Source: Selaginella moellendorffii (lineage: Eukaryota > Plantae > Lycopodiophyta). Taken from it: a stretch of DNA of 64,000 nucleotides. Below, in pieces: positions 36,811 through 48,252 of the stretch (position 1 is its first letter; each line of letters opens with the position of its first letter). Under the pieces are notes generated by a model. That model was not told the DNA's origin and did no database searches. It saw only the letters and a program-made list of their open reading frames with translations. The translations under genes were made by a program, and so were the position numbers. Location: positions 1,532,092-1,596,091 of the forward strand of contig NW_003314271.1 of the NCBI RefSeq assembly GCF_000143415.4. The letters are read 5' to 3'.

Positions 36811-39800
36811 CGGAGCCTGAGAGGGTGAAAGCCCAAAGCGTTCGTCTCCCAGACCCTGGGGGGTTTGGTGAGCTCCAAAAGTATAGTAGGGGGAGGACTG
36901 CAGTGGAGCCAGTTTGGCCAGGAAAGGCCAGTTTGGCCCAGGAAGGTCGGACCCAGTGTTGGGTGATGAGCTGCCCACTGGGAAGTCCAAGACTAGAGTG
37001 AACACGGACCGACAAGCGGGGTAGCTTGGTGAAGTGTTCAAGAGCCGGCTCTAGTTCCCCCGGGAGATCGACTGGCCGATGCTCCCAGTCCAAGTGTGGG
37101 TGGCACTACCTACTTGGATACCAGGCGTGGCTCAACGGAACCTCGCTCTAAGCCCATGGCTAGAGCACCTAAGGGCAGAAGGCGAGGAGAGTACCCAGGT
37201 GGCTCGCGTAGGGCCACGGTGTTCCGAAATGTTGCCCCAAAGGCCCAGACTGTGGAAAGGAAGAGGAGCAGTCCTCTGGGGTAGTGACCAAGGACACAGT
37301 CGTGTGGCGAGGAAGTCCCAGAGGACCGTGGGACATGGGTGGTCGGGCCTGTGGGTCTCGATCCAGTGGCAGTGTTGGCAAACACGGCCAGGGGCAGAAA
37401 GGGACTTAGTGGGGACTGACAGAGGGATATTGGGGAAGGCTATTCCCCTTGTTGGTGGGCATCCTAAGGGTGCTAAGGAGTGGATCTCAGATGACCACTC
37501 ACGGATGGTTTGCCTAGTCTTGGAGAGCCAAGACTGTGATGCAAGTGGTAATGGACTACCAGGGTGGCAAAGGTGATTGGGCATGGCCTTAGCGTAACGG
37601 GCCAGTACGTCGGTGATACCTTGGGGTGTCGATCATGGGATCGGACACGTGGAGCACTTGGACCAAGTGCTAAGGTTGAGTGGCATGGATGCCATTCTCG
37701 GGGCTAGCAAGCCCCAAGTCCTGAGTTGGACTTATGGAGGTTGTCAATGAGACTCCTCCAAGTGGTCAGAGGTGTGGTTAAGTGACTAAAGTAAAATGGA
37801 AAATTTAGTCGCTTACAATTTGGTATCGGAGCTGTTCCTTAGCCCGACTTTTATTGGTGCTCAAGTATATCACCATTAGTGTTGGCATCGGAAGGTCCGA
37901 GGAGTGGGCCTATCCTTGAGGAGTAGCAAGTTGGGAAGACATGGCTCTCCATTACAGTTCATGTGTGAACTTGTAGACGAGGTGGTGGATAGAAAAGGGC
38001 CAATAATGGAACAACTTTGGGATCTTGGGAACAGTGCAAGGTTTTCCTCATTGAGTTGAGGATGTGATCCGGATGAGCATTTGTCTTAGCAAATTGGCTA
38101 AGGTTGTTGTGGTAAACAACTAAAGTTGGGATCACGGGAAAGATAGAGACTCCAAAACAATAAAGGAGTCACAAGATTATCTTCATATAGTTGAGGTTGG
38201 TGCTCATGAATGTGAGACCAAAGGTAATAACCGTGGAAGGTCAAATACGGAAGAGGACTCAAGTCCTTGAAATGGTAGCCAGGGCTACCTTTAATAAATG
38301 CTGGAACAACCCAAGGAGTTGGGGGGTGTACTTAGAGATGAGTGGTATTCTCATTGCATGGACAAGTAGTCCTAAGGGGCAAAAGTTGCCCCCAGAGAAC
38401 AAAATCAAGTGTCGGAGTAACACTTGTGAAAATAGTCCTTTTGAGTAGGACAGGAATGCAAGAAGTGTATTCCAGTGAGCTAGTGCCTCACAAGTAGGAC
38501 CTTATGGGTCTGTGGATTAACCAAGTCCAAAACTGCTGGATGACTCAAGTAGAGTCAAGGGATGGTCCTAAAAGGACTGATGGAAGCATTTGGACTGAGG
38601 TGTGTTGTACCCCACAAAGGATGGGGGGGGATCATAGGATCCAAGGATGAGAACAGAGGGTATCTCATTGATGGCAAAATGTGCCATGCTAAAGTTATGG
38701 GAAAGGTGTTCCCAGAAGAAAACAACTTTGACATAAAGTTGTGTGTGACCTCTATGGGGCAGTGCTAATGGATGGTTGGCATGAGAAAGAGCGGTGTTGG
38801 TCTTGGCAAAGACTTAGACACAAAGGGGAAATGTCATAGAGGTAGGCTCGTGGAGCCGATGGTGTGGAGACACCAAATGTGCCAAGGTGTGATACCTTGA
38901 GGCTATGTTGGTGGGTTCATGAGAACCCCTTGCCAAAGGAATCCCAATGGAAATGGGAATGGCATAGCCTAAGCTGCAGAGCATGCAGTTGGAGTGTGGT
39001 GACCCAGATAATGATGGAGGTGTGAAAGCACCAAGCAATGAGTTGTAGGACTTGACAACTATGAGGCAACTAAGCAAGAGGTGCAAAATAACTGGTTAAA
39101 CGGGTAGAAGGTAGCTACCCAAGACTTCTTAATAGCATAAGGAAGTTGGATATACCCTTACAGGGGATAAGTTGCTTGTGTTGCGATATAGTAAGTCAAT
39201 GTCATAAAAGGAAATACTCATTGTCAAGAAAGCCATCATTGGGACACCCGGACACTCTAGACCACCAGAAGGTGGTGTTTGATGTCGCGAGGGCAATGGA
39301 TAAAGCCCAAGGGACTAAGTCCCTAGCGAATGATGGATAGAAGGTGCTATCCAAATGTCCAAGGTTGCGGAGACAGGAGAGGACTGTCTACCCAAGTTGG
39401 ACAAAGCCAAAAATGGAATTTTGGCAAGGCTAGTGATGGGCATGTAAAGGCCCATAAGCAACAATGTAATCCCAGTGTGTGGGATTATAAGGTGAGCATA
39501 CCTGGATTGAGGAACCACTCCCTAGGCTATTGGGTAGGTTCATCCCTAAGAATACTTGCTAAAGCGTGATAGAAAGTGCAAAGCTATCCTCCTGGTCTGG
39601 AGGAGAATGACCAAAGGAAAGGTGTGAAGCCAAAAAGCAAGAAGTAAGGGGATAGAACCGAACCATAGGAATCAAAGGGCATAACCAAGGTTGGTTATGC
39701 CAGCTGGGAGTGGAGAATCAAGTGGGGGCTCGAGGGTGTTGCCGCTAGCAACCGTGATGCCATGGAGAGTTTAAAATATGGAATTGTCCATGTTAGACTA

Positions 39801-42116
39801 TGTGGCATTTTGAAGGCTTGCAAAAAGGGAGGCCTTAGCAAGCTGAGGGACAGAGTTCCTTCAAGGTTCCCAAAGACGATTCTAGGTAGCTTAGTACCTA
39901 GAAAGGCCAAGTGTAAATGGTTCATGGAACGCGCAAAATCAGAGTGGCGCAGCAGAAGCGTGGTCTTGAAGCTTGCCATAAGGCAAGGCTATCAAGGTTA
40001 GGGAAGTAGTTCCCGAGTGTTCAAAGAGAGGGCTTTGAACGAAAGTCGATGGTCAAGGACTTTCACGCTTATGTAGGAACCATGTTACAGTGGTCGGAGG
40101 ACTTGCCAAGCGAGATTGGCACGTCGGGGGAACAAATACCCTAGTTGAAGGTGATAACTTCAAAAAGAGTGGGCCATGGGGCCGAGCATGGAGGAGTCCA
40201 TGCATGATCACAGACATGTCAAGTGAGAGGACTTGGCAGTGTGGAGGAACTAGGTTCCCAAGCTGTGATCTGTAGCGCGCTTTAAAAATAAGTTGGTGCA
40301 CCAGCGTGGGGAGTCATGCCAGGCATCTTGTGTGATGCCGTCCGTAGATGCATATACGGAGGTTGGGTGTGAGTCCCGACCCTCTAGTGCTTGGGTTCGA
40401 GTCCCAAATCACTAGGGCGTGGTGATGGTTTGGAATATGAGGACACTCATATTTCGGTGGTCATGGACTCTCAGTGGGGAGACTGGTTTGGGCACACTGC
40501 CAAGCGAGGGATGCCTCGGAGTCGTGATGCACGGTTAGATTGCTTAGTGTGAAAGCTCAGCATATCTAACTTGAACACTTTGGTGCAAGTGGCACCAAGG
40601 TCGTGGTGAGTGAGATGGGGACACTTAATCTCAGTTGCTATGAACCCTTGGCCGTAAGGGCTAGCTTGGGTGCACCGCCAAGTGTGGGGGATGCCCCCGG
40701 GGTTATAGTCAACAACTTGGAGGTCTGGAAGACCAAGTACCTCTTGGCAACTCTGTTAAGGTGCCAAGGTGAGATCACTAGGTGATCTTATGGCCAGATA
40801 AGGACAAGGTCCTTGGTTGGCTAAGGAATGAAGTTCCTGGTTCAAAATGTTGAAATTGAACTGTTTAAGATGGTGTGACTTGGTCGTGATGACCAAGTGG
40901 GAAGAGCACCTAAGGGAAATAAACTATGTCCGTGCGATGGCATAGTGAGTCCGAGGAAAGTAGTCTCTATAAAAGACCCATGGGAGGGTCACGAAGTTGG
41001 GCCATGGATAGAGCCCATAGCAGAATATGCTAAAGAGACATACTAGGGGTGAACATCCTCCGGACTTGGCAAAGAAGAGTCTTTGCTATGGAACTGAAAG
41101 GATACCTCAAAAATGGAGGTAGCGATCCGATGTTGCTGGGTGCAACAATCAAGGATAGGAGCAAAGGACTAGTGGCCAAAGTTTGGGCCATGGAATTTAA
41201 TGGAAGGGATCCAAATGGCAAAGTTAGCCAAGGAACACTAATGTGTTCGATGCTAACAGCTTGTGGGAAAGGAAGCGGACTTTCAAGGACAGATTCCTAA
41301 GTGCTCCAATTTGGCGAAGTAAAGGCTCCAAGTGAGGGAGCGGTAAGGTAGCCAAATGATAAGGCCATGGACAGCCTTAGCACAAAGTATGATAAATGGA
41401 ACTTAGTGCCCAAGGTGGCACGAAATAGAAGAGAGGATGATGGTGCCCTCAAGTAATGAACTTCCTAGGATAGGGAAGTGGAGTTGCACAATCTGTGCAA
41501 TGCAAGGTGTTGGAGACACCTAGGAAATTGACTTCCAAAAAGTCAAAAGAGTAAAAGTTCCAAGGTGCAAACATTCAATAGATGGAAATTGAGACTACTC
41601 GAGAAGGAGTAGTGGGATTGACTTAGAGAAGGGTCTCTAAGAGGTTTAGCGAGAACTAAACCAATAAAAGGGGAGAACCATTACATGTGGTCCAATCAGT
41701 CTCTAAGTTGGAGAGACTACGCTCCTTAAAGGATGGACAAGACATGGTGAGCCTTTGATGTCAAACCATAGACAAAGATTGGCTAGGTGCCAAGGATGGA
41801 AATGGTAACACGTGTGGGTGTTACTTTATGAAAGGGTTTACCGTTCGATGAGGACATCGAACTTCGTCTATGGGTGGTGGAGTTGTGAGACACAAAATCC
41901 CTAGGCCCCAAAGTGGAGCCGGAAGGGCGCCACATAGTAGTGGCCGAAGCGAGAGCCAAACGAGCGTAACACGTTTGGACCAAAAGCTCTGACTTGAAAA
42001 GTCAAGAGCGGGAGTGGAACTCCCAACGAAGTGCTCGAGGAACGAGCACGAAGCGAGCAAAAGGCGAGGCTCCAAAAAGGGACCCAAAAGGACCAACACA
42101 TGACACGTGGGAGTGT

Positions 42117-42775
42117 CCGAGATGGAGTCCGAAGTGGAGTCCGAGGTGGACCCGAGATGGACCCGAGTTGGAGTCTGAAGTGGAGTCCGAGATGGAGTCC
42201 GAGGTGGACCCGAGATGGACCCGAAATGGAGTTCGAGATGGAGTCCGAGATGGACCCGAGATGGAGTCCGAGATGGACCCGAGCTGGAGTCCGAAGTGGA
42301 GTCCGAGATGGACCCGAGATGGAGTCCGAAATGGAGTCCGAGATGGAGTCCGAGGTGGACCCGAGATGGACCCGAAATGGAGTCCGAGATGGAGTCCGAG
42401 ATGGACCCGAGATGGAGTCTGAGATGGACCCGAGCTGGAGTCCGAAGTGGAGTCCGAGATGGACCCGAGATGGAGTCCGAGATGGAGTCCGAGATGGAGT
42501 CCGAGGTGGACCCGAGATGGACCCGAAATGGAGTCCGAGATGGACCCAAGATGGACCCGAGATGGAGTCCGAGATGGAGTCTGAGATGGAGTCCGAGATG
42601 GAGTCCGAGATGGAGTCCGAAGTCGAGACCGAGACCAGGACCGAGACCGAGACCGAGATCGGGACCGAGACCGAGACCGAGGCCGAGGCCGAGACCGAGC
42701 CCGAGCCCGAGTCCGAGTCCGAATCCGAGTCCGAGTCCGAGTCCGAGTCCGAGTCCGAGTCCGAGTCCGAGTCCG
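42117..42775. repeat. Tandem array in element-B 3' LTR
   Basis: Same units with a slightly different count. Confidence 0.95.
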
Positions 42776-43841
42776 GAGCCTGAGAGGGTGAAAGCCCAAA
42801 GCTTTCGTCTCCCAGACCCTGGGGGGTTTGGTGAGCTCCAAAAGTATAGTAGGGGGAGGACTGCAGTGGAGCCAGTTTGGCTAGGAAAAGCCAGTTTGGC
42901 CCAGGAAGGTCGGACCCAGTGTTGGGTGATGAGCTGCCCACTGGGAAGTCCAAGACTAGAGTGAACACGGACCGACAAGCGGGGTAGCTTGGTGAAGTGT
43001 TCAAGAGCCGGCTCTAGTTCCCCCGGGAGATCGACTGGCCGATGCTCCCAGTCCAAGTGTGGGTGGCACTACCTACTTGGATACCAGGCGTGGCTCAACG
43101 GAACCTCGCTCTAAGCCCATGGCTAGAGCACCTAAGGGCAGAAGGCGAGGAGAGTACCCAGGTGGCTCGCGTAGGGCCACGGTGTTCCGAAATGTTGCCC
43201 CAAAGGCCCAGACTGTGGAAAGGAAGAGGAGCAGTCCTCTGGGGTAGTGACCAAGGACACAGTCGTGTGGTGAGGAAGTCCCAGAGGACCGTGGGACATG
43301 GGTGGTCGGGCCTGTGGGTCTCGATCCAGTGGCAGTGTTGGCAAACACGGCCAGGGGCAGAAAGGGACTTAGTGGGGACTGACAGAGGGATATTGGGGAA
43401 GGCTATTCCCCTTGTTGGTGGGCATCCTAAGGGTGCTAAGGAGTGGATCTCAGATGACCACTCACGGATGGTTTGCCTAGTCTTGGAGAGCCAAGACTGT
43501 GATGCAAGTGGTAATGGACTACCAGGGTGGCAAAGGTGATTGGGCATGGCCTTAGCGTAACGGGCCAGTACGTCGGTGATACCTTGGGGTGTCGATCATG
43601 GGATCGGACACGTGGAGCACTTGGACCAAGTGCTAAGGTTGAGTGGCATGGATGCCATTCTCGGGGCTAGCAAGCCCCAAGTCCTGAGTTGGACTTATGG
43701 AGGTTGTCAATGAGACTCCTCCAAGTGGTCAGAGGTGTGGTTAAGTGACTAAAGTAAAATGGAAAATTTAGTCGCTTACACGCGCCTTCGGACACGCGTG
43801 TAATTCATCATCAAGGGGTTCACTCGGCACCGGTTCATCCA

Positions 43842-46800
43842 GTGTTTACTTTCCAAGCTCGTTTTTATAACAAGAGGTCTCCTATTCTTCTCTCCGTGTT
43901 GGTTGATACAGGTTCGAGTTTATCTTCTATTGCTCGACCTGTTGCCACACGTTGTCGTCTACACTTGTGTCGTGCGGCGGATCCAGTTTTCATTCTTTAT
44001 GGCAACGGCCGTACACATGCATGTGCACGAGATGAGGCGGACCTGGTTGTGCATGTGGGCGATCTCGAGCTTGAGTTGCAGTCGTTGCAGGTGGTGCCGA
44101 GTCAAGCTTTTGACCTCATTCTTGGTATGGATTGGTTGCAGCACAATCATGCCAAGTGTGACTTTGAGGCTTTTCCCCCTTGTCTCATACTTCCTTATGT
44201 TTCATCCATTCCTCTCACTTCTGTACCTCTTCGTCCCTCTACTTCTACCTCTGCTTCCATTACTTTTGTTCCCCCATTATTTCCTCTTGTGTTTCCATCT
44301 TGTTCTGCTCTTCCCTTTTCCGATCCCTCCGATGATCTTTGTGTTGCAGCTGTTGACCAGCTCATGAAGGAGTATTCTGATCTCTTTGAATTTGACCTAT
44401 CGTCTGGGGCCAAGATTGCCACACGTCATCCCATTCCAACTGGGGATGCTCGTCCAATCAAGGTTCCTGTTCGTCGTCGGTCACCCAAGGAGATCAAGAT
44501 TTTACGTGCAAATGTCAAGGAGATGTTGGAGAAGGGTGTTATTCGGAAGTCGCGGAGTCCTTGGGCATGTGAACCTCATCTTGTGACGAAGCCTGATGGG
44601 AGTATTCGTTTCTGCATCGACTATCGTCCGTTAAATGAAGTGACGATCCCGGACGTGTACCCTCTTCCTCACACTGCTGATCTCTTGGATCGTCTGGGGC
44701 GAAGTCGTTGGTTCACCAAGCTAGATCTTGCTTCTGGGTATTGGCAAGTACCGATGGCTGAAGACGATATTCCTAAGACTGCTTTTCGTACACCATTTGG
44801 TTTGTACGAGTTTTTGGTGATGCCGTTTGGTTTGAACAATGCTCCAGCAACTTTTCAGCGAATGATGGACGAGGTTCTTTGCGATATGCCAGAGGTGACG
44901 GCTGACTTCATTGATGATGTCTTGATCCACTCGGAGGGGACGTGGGAGGAGCATGTTCGTGATGTTTGTAAAGTGTTGGATCGGCTACGCGACGTTGGTT
45001 TAAAGCTGAAGCGGTCGAAGTGCGTGTTTGGGTCCAAGGACACAACTTATCTTGGGTACCGTATTTCTCGTGAGGGTTTGCAAGTTGATCCTGACAAACT
45101 TGTGGCTGTTCTAAAGTTCCCTACTCCGAAGTGTGTGAATGATGTGCAGCGTTTTTTGGGTAAGGTGCAGTATCTCGGTCGTTTTGTAGATCATCTTTCC
45201 GATCGTACTTTACCATTGCGAGCGTTGCTGAAGTCATCAACGTCATCTTTCATCTGGTCTCCCAATTGTGAGCGGGCGTTCCTAAATCTCAAAGAGCTAT
45301 TGACGACTCCTCCGGTTTTGGCATATCCTGACTACACTCGACCTTTTATTTTGCGCGTGGATGCTTCTGACATTGGTCTTGGAGGTGTGTTGATGCAAGA
45401 GAGCTCGAGTGTGCCTGGTCAGCGCCATCCCATTGCATACATAAGCCGTACATTACAACCAGCGGAGATGAACTACTCCACGACGGAGAAGGAGTGTTTA
45501 GCAGCAGTCTGGGGTTTTGAGAAACTTCATGCCTATCTACATGGTTCTCGGACGTTACTTGAAGGTGACCATGCTGCTGTTACTTCATTATTGAAGCGGA
45601 AGAACCTGGTTGGTCGTACGGCTCGATGGGCTTTGAAGCTTCAGATATATGATTTTGATGTTGTTCATCGCCCAGGGAGTTCTATGGCTGATGCTGATGC
45701 CCTTTCTCGAGCTCCTCTTCCTTCTCCACTCACTTCTCATGTTTCTGACGAACCTGTTGTTCCAGCATCTGTGGATTTTCTAGATGAGGATTCTGTGCCG
45801 TCGGCGGTTGCTGTCCTTGACGTTCAGTGTCCACAGGGCGTAGAGCAAGATCTACCTTCTCTGGATGAGGTTCGCGAGGCTCAAAAGATTGAGCCGTGGA
45901 TTCGAAGGCTTCGAGATGGGTTTGAGAATCCTGCATCACTTGTTGATGACTTGCCTTTTCGGCATTTACATTCTCAATATCGTCTTGAAGATGGCCTTCT
46001 TTATTTTGTGGGGACGGATCCTGATGCTCATTTACGGCTGGTGGTGCCTTCGGTGTTTATTCCGCGGTTTCTCCATGCCTACCATGATTCTCCTATTCTA
46101 GGTGGGCATATGGGACACCGTCGTGTCACCGAGAAGTTGCGCAAATCTTTCTATTGGCCAGAGATGCGACGTGATATTATCCGGTATGTGCGTAGCTGCG
46201 TTTGGTGCCAAGCTCGTAATACTCCCCCTTGTGCTGCGGAAGGACGGTTGGAGTCAATTGCAGTTTCTCGTCCGTTTGAGTTGGTGGCGTTTGATCTTAT
46301 GGGACCTTTTCCGCGATCGACTGTTGGCAATGAGTATGTTATTATTGCTTCTGACTACTTGACTCGTTGGGTGGAAGTTGGTGCTCTTGCTAGTGCCTCT
46401 GCAACTGCTGTTGGATACTTCCTCCTCAATCGAGTGGTGTTCCAGCATTCTTGTCCAGAACGGATTCTTTCGGATAATGGTCCTGCATTTATGGCTGAGG
46501 TATTTCATGTTTTGACATCTCGGTTGGGGATACGCCACACTTTTATGAGTGCTTATCATCCACAATCAGACGGTCTGGTGGAACGGCTCGTTCGGACATT
46601 CAAAGGGATGATTGCGAAGTATGTGAACTTTCAACATTCGGATTGGGATGGTTATTTGCCATCTCTTCGGTATGCTTATGTCACAGGGGTGCAGAGTTCT
46701 GTTGGTGCTTCACCATATAAACTTCTATATGGTCATGATCCAATATTACCAACAGAGCTAGGTTTACCTTCGCGATTGCCACGAGCTCCTGATGCTAGGT

Positions 46801-47216
46801 CATGGGATCAATATTTGACAAGCATTCTTCCACTTGTCCGAGCAGAGTCTGCTGAACACTTAGGCCGCGTACAAGTGGGACAACAACGGCGCTACAATTC
46901 CCATCATCGTCCACTAGCGGAGTACAAAGTGGATGATTTGGTGTTAGTCCGTTTTCCCCATCTTACAGTACGTGGTTTATCTAAGGGGCTCCTTGCGCAG
47001 TGGAAAGGACCGTATCGAGTGTTGCGGCAAGTTGGACCACAAGTTTATGAGGTTCAGCATGACGTTCAGCAGGCTGATCCTCCGGAGATTGTGCATGTGC
47101 AGCGGTTAAAACGCTTCATACAGAGGGATCAGGAGCAGTTAATACCGTCTACAGATCCACCGATGCCTCCTCCTGACGTTCCTCCAGATCCCGGCCCATC
47201 TACAAGAGAACCCTGA
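43842..47216 (+). CDS. pol: Intact pol polyprotein of element A (protease-RT-RNase H-integrase, no chromodomain)
   Basis: VDTGSS; CIDYRPLN, LDLASGYWQ, MPFGL, FIDD; VDASD, EKECLA; H...GGH...C..C, DLMGP, SDNG, GLVER; WKGPY. The frame has no ATG at its start. Confidence 0.97.
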   Translation: MFTFQARFYNKRSPILLSVLVDTGSSLSSIARPVATRCRLHLCRAADPVFILYGNGRTHACARDEADLVVHVGDLELELQSLQVVPSQAFDLILGMDWLQHNHAKCDFEAFPPCLILPYVSSIPLTSVPLRPSTSTSASITFVPPLFPLVFPSCSALPFSDPSDDLCVAAVDQLMKEYSDLFEFDLSSGAKIATRHPIPTGDARPIKVPVRRRSPKEIKILRANVKEMLEKGVIRKSRSPWACEPHLVTKPDGSIRFCIDYRPLNEVTIPDVYPLPHTADLLDRLGRSRWFTKLDLASGYWQVPMAEDDIPKTAFRTPFGLYEFLVMPFGLNNAPATFQRMMDEVLCDMPEVTADFIDDVLIHSEGTWEEHVRDVCKVLDRLRDVGLKLKRSKCVFGSKDTTYLGYRISREGLQVDPDKLVAVLKFPTPKCVNDVQRFLGKVQYLGRFVDHLSDRTLPLRALLKSSTSSFIWSPNCERAFLNLKELLTTPPVLAYPDYTRPFILRVDASDIGLGGVLMQESSSVPGQRHPIAYISRTLQPAEMNYSTTEKECLAAVWGFEKLHAYLHGSRTLLEGDHAAVTSLLKRKNLVGRTARWALKLQIYDFDVVHRPGSSMADADALSRAPLPSPLTSHVSDEPVVPASVDFLDEDSVPSAVAVLDVQCPQGVEQDLPSLDEVREAQKIEPWIRRLRDGFENPASLVDDLPFRHLHSQYRLEDGLLYFVGTDPDAHLRLVVPSVFIPRFLHAYHDSPILGGHMGHRRVTEKLRKSFYWPEMRRDIIRYVRSCVWCQARNTPPCAAEGRLESIAVSRPFELVAFDLMGPFPRSTVGNEYVIIASDYLTRWVEVGALASASATAVGYFLLNRVVFQHSCPERILSDNGPAFMAEVFHVLTSRLGIRHTFMSAYHPQSDGLVERLVRTFKGMIAKYVNFQHSDWDGYLPSLRYAYVTGVQSSVGASPYKLLYGHDPILPTELGLPSRLPRAPDARSWDQYLTSILPLVRAESAEHLGRVQVGQQRRYNSHHRPLAEYKVDDLVLVRFPHLTVRGLSKGLLAQWKGPYRVLRQVGPQVYEVQHDVQQADPPEIVHVQRLKRFIQRDQEQLIPSTDPPMPPPDVPPDPGPSTREP

Positions 47217-47439
47217 CTGCCTTCCATTATTCCGAGAGGAGGGGATGATGTGAGGGCCAAGTGTACGGCTACGATGCCGTATACTAATATTAGCGTAGTG
47301 GATTTTGGTAGCCGTCGGATTGGTTTCAATCCGGACCACTCACTCCTGTATATAAGCTAGGGTTTTTGGGTTAATTGATATGCACATTTCTGTATTCCCT
47401 TTCCATATTCCATGCACTCACAATACTACATACTTAAAA

Positions 47440-48252
47440 AGCTCTGGAGAATCTGCGATTTTGGGTGGTTACAGGCAGTGGCAGTATGCGGGCTTCTACG
47501 GCGTTGTTAGAGCACAGGATCCAGCGGGTGTGGCGCAATGCATGCAAGCAGGCTAGTGTGAGCGAATCCACCGTTGCCAAGGCCGTCATCCGCGAGAGGC
47601 CCTCGTACCTGAGCAACGACTTGTGCTACGAAGGTATTTGGAGCGACGACCTCACGTACACCAACGTTTGCCTTTGCGTCGACAGCTACAAGAGGAGGCC
47701 GACATCGATAGAGGCAGTCCAGGAAGAGCTCCACCAGCAGCAGCAGCAGCGGCAGGAGATGCCGTTGCTTAGCCATTGAAGCCACCACACGCCACGATCA
47801 TCTTTCCCGCTTCCAGATGCTCGACAAGTTCGTCATACTTCTCCTGATCAAAAGGACCACACTTTTCGTCGAAAACAACATCCGGCGTGCTCAGGTTCTT
47901 GTCCACCAGCGGCTCATACTCGCAGCACCTGAAACCGAACAACTCCTCCCACTCGTGCGCCAGCACCCGCGCATCAAACACCAGCCGCGCCTGCATGTCC
48001 AGCGACCCAACACCACCGAACAGGTCCCGCTCCACCCAAAAAACCAGCTCTTGGCAAAACTTTCGCGATCCCGGGCCACGCCCTCGGATCTCACGGTGTA
48101 TGCTGAAGCTTTCCGCTTCGCCGGGGAATGCATGCGTGGATCTCTTCAACTTTCAAGTGGGGGGTGTGGAGGAGCTGATCAAGCGGTATGGTGAGCTCAG
48201 ATTCAAGGTGAATCCCAAGAGAAGACGAGCATATGACCGCAACACCGAATGA
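47440..48252 (+). pseudogene. Gene X family copy with an internal inversion (47776-48105)
   Basis: 5' part (47465-47774) and 3' part (48106-48252) are on +, the middle part is on -. Confidence 0.85.

Larger units (their letters stand above)
35915..43780 (+). mobile_element. Element B, complete non-autonomous LTR element (LARD-like): LTRs 35915-37817 and 41884-43780
   Basis: 5-bp TSD CGCGC (35910-35914 / 43781-43785); PBS TGGTATCGGAGC at 37821-37832; purine-rich GGGTGGTGGAG before the 3' LTR; 4066-bp internal region without a long ORF. Confidence 0.97.
35140..47422 (+). mobile_element. Ty3/gypsy LTR retrotransposon, element A copy 2 (young; one nested element B)
   Basis: 174-bp LTRs at 35140-35313 and 47249-47422 differ at 2 positions by my comparison; 4-bp TSD ATAC; PBS TGGTGGAGATGAGGGG at 35315-35330; PPT GAGAGGAGGGGATGA at 47234-47248. 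Confidence 0.97.

Noticed and set aside
44905-44925. RT active site FIDD instead of YxDD as a sign of inactivity
   Set aside because: FIDD is common in plant gypsy RTs and is present in both copies.
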